From NCBI GenBank assembly GCA_012295275.1, contig CM022665.1, positions 27,528,001 to 27,592,000 of the forward strand: a stretch of 64,000 bases of DNA. The letters are read 5' to 3'. The notes beneath the pieces are model-generated. The model made no database searches. It was not told the origin of the DNA and was given only the letters and a program-made list of their open reading frames with translations. Positions within the stretch are counted from its first letter, which is position 1. Each line of letters starts with the position of its first letter. Of the stretch, positions 56,056 through 64,000 are shown piece by piece. Position numbers and translations under genes: made by a program. The DNA comes from Chrysomallon squamiferum (taxonomy: Eukaryota > Animalia > Mollusca).

Positions 56056-56140
<85 letters not shown>
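55405..56140. repeat. Microsatellite cluster: (TG)n(AG)n, degenerate (TATG)n, (CT)n
   Basis: TG/AG 55405-55503, TATG 55567-55835, CT 56059-56140. Confidence 0.9.
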
Positions 56141-56144
<4 letters not shown>

Positions 56145-56764
56145 TCCATTTCTGTTTATTTTATTTTTAGAGGTTGTTATTGTAGTAGTAATTGCAGTAA
56201 TGGTAGTTGTTGCTATTTCGTTGTTGCTGTTGTAGTCATAGAAGTAGTGGTGGTAGTCATTATCGTTGTTGTTACAAACGTTTACTATTATATATATATA
56301 TATAAAACTAATAATTAAATGACATATGATTTGTTAAATTATTTTCTATTTCTGAATTTTATTAAATTTAAGTTCTTTTTAAAAAGGCCAAGTACAAATA
56401 CCTTGTATGATATATTTAATTACATAGGAACTGATGTATATATACATTATATATTTCTTGTTATGTGATGTGTAACCAATAAGAAAAATTAAATCAAAAG
56501 AAAAATTTGTGCCGTATATAAAATTAAAAAATATTTGAAACAGGTTACTTTTTATTCCTCTATGTTGTGCTTTTTATTTTCAGAGAGGGTTTGAGGATAT
56601 ATAGATAATTAATAAAATTTCATGTTTTATTTTGTATTTCTGATTTGTGTAAATACCTTTAAAAAGTTTTAAATGGCTACTTTAGTATTATTAAAGATAC
56701 AAATCTAAAATGAAATAAAATCAATAACTATTTTCTTCAAAACAAAATACGGGGTAAAACAAAA

Positions 56765-56765
56765 A

Positions 56766-56837
<72 letters not shown>

Positions 56838-57591
56838 AAGAAGAAAGAAATAAAAACAAAACGAAAACCATGTAAAACCAAAACAAAAGAAGAAGAAAAA
56901 AATATAATTAAAAAAAAAAAAAATATATATATATATATATAAATATATATGTATATAAACTTGTCAGAGACGTGTGGCTTTTCGTCTTTAATTTTTCACT
57001 TCTGCGTTAGTTGTCTTTCTACGAGTGTTTTTCTACAATAAACTACAAATTACGAGCTACGAGCGGAGCTAGCTGATTGGCTGCACGTGAGAGCCAGTGT
57101 CGCGCTTTGGCTCGCTGACGGATTACCCGGTGACGAACTTGCAGGCTACGTTTCCACGCAATGAGGCTACGGTAATTATAATGAAGTAGGGGAATTTCCG
57201 AAGTCTTTTTCTATTCTCTCGCTAACACTGTACAATAAATTCACGTTCGGGTTACATGTGCGTTTGCCATCTGGAGCCAGCACGGAGAAAAATATACAAG
57301 TTTAGAATTACATTTGTTTTTTAAAAATATTTTAAACAGTGAGAAAAACCAAAACATTTTTTTTTGGTTTTTAAAAAAAATATATATATCTATATAAATA
57401 AATAATAAAAGGTTTACAGTATAATAAAATTGTTTTATTGTATATTTATTGTCAATATAATATAAAATTTTCAAACAGTCATGAATGAACAGTCATATTT
57501 TCACTGGGATCTCTTGAGACCACCTTTGCAAGCACCTGGATTTGGAATGGGTTCAACATTCTTTGATGTTAACAGGTAAGACTTTCATATT

Positions 57592-57655
<64 letters not shown>
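56765..57655. repeat. Opposed (AG)n and (CT)n tracts flanking a CpG-rich island
   Basis: AG run 56765-56833 and CT run 57596-57655. Confidence 0.85.
57060..57175 (+). promoter_or_regulatory. Candidate promoter and first exon (CCAAT box, E-box, splice donor)
   Basis: ATTGG at 57076-57080, CACGTG at 57084-57089, CpG-rich stretch ending in ACG|gtaatt at 57171. Confidence 0.3.
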
Positions 57656-57658
<3 letters not shown>

Positions 57659-59181
57659 AAACCACACAGTATTTTTGTATTGTTTCGTTCCAAACAGTTC
57701 AAAGAAATATATTTTAATAACGATTAAAATAGTGGCTAAATAAATAATAAACAAAAATTTAAAATCACTCTAACTTGGAGTAATAACTGTTTTTCCAGGC
57801 GGGTCACGGCAATTGATTACCGTTGTCAATAGCGCTAGTAATTAACACGCTTAACAATTGATTTATTGATTAAACGGGTCATTTGTTAACTAATAAAATG
57901 CAGATGGGCGTGAAGGTTCCCCGTTACAACTGCTAGTTATTTTGTTGTATTTTCCACATTTTACCCACATACATGGAAATTTGTTTTCACTCAGGTGTGA
58001 ATAAAGGACTTTATTGCTCTTAACGGTATTCAATGAGACCTCCCATTGTGACAGAATCCGTTGTGCGCGCGACAAACGACAGGGCGTGTGGCAAAGGTTG
58101 AGGGTATCTGTCACAAAGTTACAAATAAACAGTACAAAAAACAGTGTAGAGATAGACTGAAAAAAAAATAAGAAAAGAATGGGGAAAGTAAGGGAAGAAG
58201 TAAGCAAAAAAAAAAAAAAAAAAAAAAAGAGGCGAGAAAAAAAAAAAATAAAGAAAAAAGAAGAAGAAGAAAAGAATAGAAAAATAAAAAAGCGAAAGGA
58301 GAGAAAAAAAGAAAGTAAAGTTATGTCAAATTTAAAAAGAATCTGTGAAAAAGGAAAAGAAAATCATTAAAAAAAGAATGTGAGGGTAAAAAATAAGAAG
58401 GAAAAAAAAAAGCGAATAAAAATTAAAGACTATTAAATTTCATTACTTCATGTTTTCACTTAAACCTTCAGAAACTGATCACCTTATTAGTTATAAGAAA
58501 AAAGAAAAAAAGTGTATATTGCAGTAAAACAAATATGAAAGCATTCATTTTTAGAATTTTTCAATTGTCGTGTATTATTACTTCTGAATTTAAAGTATTT
58601 AAAATATTTAGAAAGAAAAAGATAGAAGTATCCAGTTACGTTTTCATAATTATAATAATCACAACACCACTACAACTACTACTGCTACCAATGCTACTGA
58701 CGTTGCTACTTCTACTGCAATCTGTAAACCTGTTTGTCATTCCTAAACAAGAAATATTCGTCTTTCAATCAGATAAGGCTAATTAAAACTGAAATTAATA
58801 AAGCAAACCTTGGAATTATATTAATCTGTTTCAGCTTGTATAACACATATATATATGTATGTGTGTTTGTGTGTGTGTGTGTGTGTTACACAAGCAAGTA
58901 ATTCTATACATCTTTCCTTTCTTTTATTTATGGTCAGATATTTCAGCTGTCTTTTAACAGCCTTGAAAGAAACACATGCAAATTTTAATTTATTTAGATA
59001 TTTCACGAAAGAAAATTAACTTAAGCGAATTTTAATATTTGGAAAATTTCTTTACTTTTATTATTATAATTTATTTTTTCACCCCAGAGCATATATGGAC
59101 CATAATATTCAAAACAAAATTAAATAATTATTAATACTTGATGGTATGTTGGAGTAAGTCGTATTTGCTATTCTTCTTTTT

Positions 59182-59212
<31 letters not shown>

Positions 59213-60077
59213 TTATTATTATACTTTTAAATTTATCTGTTTTGTTTTACCATAAAAAGTTCCCTCGACCGTTGTTACTAATTAAACAAATTAACTATTA
59301 GTTTATCTAGTAACTATTTGTTATTAATTACTTAATTTACATAATAATAATAATAATTAGTAGTAGTAGTAGTAGGTGTAGTATAAGTAGTTCTTCTTGT
59401 TGTGTTGTAGTATTAGTAATACTTTTTCATATTCCATCAAACTCTAATAAATTCATATTAATGAACATAAAAAGGCGTTAAGGTACCAGTATTCTAATAA
59501 TAATGAAAATGCGAATAATAATTTTACATAATCTTTAATATTAGGTAGATAAAATAAACACGATAAAGCGTTAAGAAAACAACAAGTTTATGAAGTATCA
59601 TCATTACAGAAAGTAAATACAGACCAACACGAACAAGACTATTATAAAACAAAAATATACACTCTTTTTTTCCGCATAATAATATTATTACTGACAGTTC
59701 TAAATACTGTGTGTGTACGTGTTGTGTTTTTTTGACAAATTTACATTTTCAGTGAATTGCTAATGCACGTGTTTGAACAATCACTGTTAACTGTTAGGTC
59801 GTGTTTGCTAATTATAACATCAAATGCGCCATTTGCTCGTCGAATCGCGCCGTGCAAAAAAGTTTTCGAGTGTATGGGAGTTTCCGAATGCTCGGTGTGT
59901 TTGAGTGTACGGCTTCCGTATAAAAATGCGACAAACTCGTGTTTGCGTAGTGGAGGTTTGCAAACAAGACGGCGATTCCTGGAGTATTTGCCATGTCACT
60001 GTGAACGGGTTCGCCAGCTCGCGTGTTTCTCCGTATTGCACGGACGAAATTACGGGGATTACCGAAGGACTTCTTAA
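57481..60077 (+). CDS. Candidate two-exon ORF of unknown function (139 aa), or 5' exons of a downstream gene
   Basis: 57481-57575 (MNEQSYFHWDLLRPPLQAPGFGMGSTFFDVN, AACAG|gtaaga, phase 2) joins in frame to acceptor ttacattttcag|59753, which opens into the 59757-60077 ORF. No domain recognised. Confidence 0.3.
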
Positions 60078-61025
60078 GCCCCATGAAAAACTGTCAGTTT
60101 TCTTTCAGTTTACGTTTTGTAACTGTCAACTCTTGTTTGTGTAATCTTTTAGGTTTTACTTACAGAGATGTTCTACTTTTAAAAAAGTTCTTAATACTGT
60201 ATGCCCTTTTGAAATCTGCTACCTAAAAAAAAAAAAAAAAAGAGAGAGAGAAAAAAAAAAAAAGATTGAAAGAAAGAAAAGTAAGATACAAAGAAATTTT
60301 TAAAATTAAGAAAGTTTTATATAAATCTCTCGGTCCTTCTCTTTCTCTGTATTAGCTGAATCAATAAATTGCGTATGAAAAAAAAAAGAGGCCCATGAAT
60401 TCGATTATGGAAACCAGGATTTCTTCATTTTTTTATTTTTTATTTTTTTTTTTTTTGATGAGATAAAATTCAGGAACGCATAAATATACATTAAAATCTT
60501 TTCCCACTTTCTTTTTAAATTTTGTTTCTAAGGTTTTAGTACGTAACAGCGAAGTATTTTAAAACTGATATAAAAAGTTCAGAAATAATCAGTCTAAAAC
60601 GCAAATACTAAATATAGGTTTATGTATGTTAAAAAATACAATAAAAAACGGTTTAACAAAATTTATTACAATGAATATTATCAAAAACGATCTCCTTCGA
60701 ATTCCCAACAAGGTTTATTTATGTATTTATTTACTTGTTTGTTTACTTGTTCAATTATTCATGATGCTTATTCATTTATATATTTAACAGGTTATAATTT
60801 AACATAGGCTTATTGATTATGTCATAGAATGTGATAAAAATAATATTAACAGTTTTATGAGAACATATTATCATCAGAACGTTTTTTTTTCATTTGCAAT
60901 AGATTATGCAAATGTACAATGTTGTTGATTTTTATATATGAAATAATTGTTATATGCCAGTTTAACACAGTTATTTATTTATTTTTTTTTTTTGGCTAAA
61001 TTATTGTACTTTTCCCAGTGTTTAA

Positions 61026-61073
<48 letters not shown>

Positions 61074-62024
61074 GATAATAATAATAATACAATCTAACAA
61101 AACAAGAATGAAATAAATTCAATGCAACATGTTTATCTAATTATTACTTTTAATTAAAATACCTGTTGTATTCATTTATAATAATTTTATGTCTTATATA
61201 AATATCATTTTAAGAAATCAGATAAAAACGTTCCATATTTTACAGAAGGAGAGAAAATAAAACTTTGATTTTTGTTTACGTTACTCTCTGGCACAAACAT
61301 GGAGATACATTATTAAATTTTACACACAATTAATTTATAGTAAATAAATCAACAAATGAAAATAACGTCTAGCACTATCGCCATTCTATAACTACAACTA
61401 TTACTGATTTGGTAACTACATCTATTATTGAAAAATAAATTTAATAAAATAAAATAAAACCAACCAACGAACCAAACAAGAAACAAACAAACAAATAAAT
61501 GCTCCTAAGATGAACGTGTAGTAAAACTAACAGTGTAAACAAAACAAACTGTAATTTTCTACATTATTACGCGGTGTTTCCAATTGCTTATCTCTGTGTT
61601 TACTGATTGCATCACTCAAGATGCTGATGTCAATAAGGGTCAATGCACGTGCACTTATTTTGACCTGCTTTTTTCGTCTCACTGCACGGGCCTGGCAGTA
61701 AAAAGAAACACGATCTTTGCACGAACGTTTCATTTCCATTTTTTTTTATTTATTTAAAAACATTTTCTCTCGTTTATTATTATTGTTATTATTATTATTA
61801 TTATTACTTCTTGAAAATTACTTTTATTTCCATTGGTAACATTTGACATGAATCAAAATAGCTTGTTAATTAGGCTTAAGTACAAAATGCCTGCTTAGTA
61901 AAATATGAAATAGTGTGCGCAAGATAAATTATTTACTGTTTCAAAACAACAGTCACGTTTGCTAATGTGACACCACTGTTAACAGTAGTTACTTACATAG
62001 TTTATTACAGTCTCTACAACGGTA

Positions 62025-62089
62025 GCTACTACTGCTGCTGCTGCTGCTACTAACTACTACAAGTATTACCAGTGCTACTGCTGCTGCTG

Positions 62090-62135
<46 letters not shown>

Positions 62136-62155
62136 CAGTGCTACTACTAGTGCCA
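62025..62155. repeat. (CTA/CTG)n trinucleotide repeat
   Basis: Source of the poly-Leu ORF at 62072. Confidence 0.9.
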
Positions 62156-63269
62156 CTAGAGTTACCAGATGTCCTGTTTTTGACCATTCTGTACTCCGTT
62201 AAGCAAGACGTTAATTATCGGGCCTGCCCAAAAATATTTACACAGACTGTCTTACTGTGCGTTTTTTCTTTCTTTTCTGAATATTCATTTCTTCAAATTC
62301 TTTGCATGTAATGAATGAATGAAAGCATGTAATATATACAGTTCGTTTTCAAAAATTCATTTTAGAAAAAAAAAAAAAAAAATAAAAAAAATGCCCCAAA
62401 TAGCATTAACCACATTATTGTGATATTTGACAAACAAATTCGCTACGCTTTTTACATTCTTCAAGTCTTCATTAAATATGTTTGATTTAGGTTAAATCTT
62501 CAGGCTCAGAACGTAAGGAATTAATTACTATAATTAGTAATGTCTGTATTTTTGGTTATTATCATCACAAAAACCCACGCCCGTACGCACGCACAACCGC
62601 AAGTATATCACTACTGCTATTATTATTTCTGTCGCTGCTGCAACCAGTACAATATTATTATATAAATCATAATTCTGGGTAGACAGTTTTGTCGGGTGTT
62701 GGTCGCATACCTCCCTTCGCTTTACCGAAATTATATATTTATTTTTAAATAATCTTACTAAGCGCCAGACATAAGAAACGTAAAGGCAAGATCCTTCATG
62801 TACACTTCTTTCATGTTTGATCCTTACGCTGTGGTTCTATGAACAGAATGTTAAAAAAAACACTATTTCCATCAATGATTTTTATTTAGACGAAGTATAC
62901 TGTACAGGAGCGAATATACTGTTAACTTTCTAATAAGTTACTTAGATTAATTCTGTAAAAAAAAAAAACACAAAATAAAATAAAATAAAATAAAATAAAA
63001 TAAAAAAAAAAAAAAAAAAAAAACAGAAAAGAAACAAACAAACAGACAAAACAAAACAAATTAAATAACAAATTTGGAAGTATATAAATTAATAAAAAGA
63101 CCCAAAGAAACATATAATAACAATAATAGTAACAGTAATGTTAGCAGCATCAACTGTAATAAAGCTTAAAACAATAGTAAAAGAAAACAAAAATAAAAAA
63201 CAAATAAATAGTAATTTAAATAAATTTTATTGTACATAAAGCAACAGTAAATAAGCCACTAAACACAGT

Positions 63270-63414
63270 TAATAATAATAATAATAATAATAAAATAGTA
63301 ATAGTGGTAGTAGCATAATAATAGAAGTGGTAGTAGTAGTAGAATAGTAGTAGTAGTAGTAGTAATAATAATAGCAGAGGTAGCTGCAATAATAATAGTA
63401 GTTGTAGTATTATT

Positions 63415-63449
<35 letters not shown>

Positions 63450-63482
63450 TAACTGTAATAGCGGCAGTATTAGTAATAATTT
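63270..63482. repeat. (TAA/TAG)n trinucleotide repeat
   Basis: Source of the poly-Leu ORF at 63216-63485. Confidence 0.9.
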
Positions 63483-64000
63483 CAAGTTAAACGATACTTT
63501 GTGTGAGGGATAAATATATTATAATAAAAATTAATTATAGATAGTGACAAATGTTATTATCTCATCCGCATACGTGTCTCGTAAAATAACGTAAGTAACA
63601 TAATCAGAACGTTGTCTTGGTGATTTTTTGTAATAACGTCATTGCTGGGAAACCAAACGTTTTGTAACTGTTGATAATAGTCTTACACAAAAAAACACAG
63701 ACAGAAACGTACCTAATGTAAGTGTACTTTTATTTTGTTGTTTTGCCAATCGACGTTTTCTTTTTCTTTTTTTCTTTCTCACAATCTTTCTTCGGATTTT
63801 AATTAATGAAATTCAGGATTTTATCATGTTGTTTTTCTGTGTGTGTGTGTTTTTTTAGTATTTTTAATTAAAATATATTCGTGTGATATGTAAATGTGTA
63901 TATATATTTGTGTACAAACGTACGTATGTATGTAATGAAATTAATTATTTTATCTTACAAAGTTATGATTATTAAATTTTTTAAACTGAACAACAGCATT

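Noticed and set aside
58179-58370. Lys-rich ORF
   Set aside because: Poly-A low-complexity tract.
62072-63485. Poly-Leu signal-peptide-like ORFs
   Set aside because: Trinucleotide repeats with no coding context.

Overview
AT-rich, microsatellite-rich animal genomic DNA with spliceosomal introns (invertebrate, probably a mollusc; inferred from composition and protein divergence, not proven). Four protein-coding genes can be assembled by hand from GT-AG splice sites with consistent reading phase. (1) MOK kinase (+, 5' exons lie outside the window, ends 22269). (2) ANKEF1 (-, 7 coding exons, 779 aa). (3) A small three-exon COX7A-family gene (-, 98 aa) that the ORF track misses entirely. (4) CCDC170 (+, 12 exons, 845 aa), head-to-head with COX7A. 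The strongest unusual signal is a pair of tandem-duplicated 79-nt exons inside the MOK kinase domain, which must be mutually exclusive and show saturation of synonymous changes. Further splicing oddities are a possible vestigial third copy, twin in-frame donors, decoy donor repeats and a phase-matched 22-nt micro-exon in CCDC170. Beyond about 49 kb the DNA switches from CpG-depleted to CpG-retaining and carries enhancer- or promoter-like islands, a 37-bp minisatellite and a candidate unannotated spliced ORF. No database searches were run; gene names rest on remembered family motifs.
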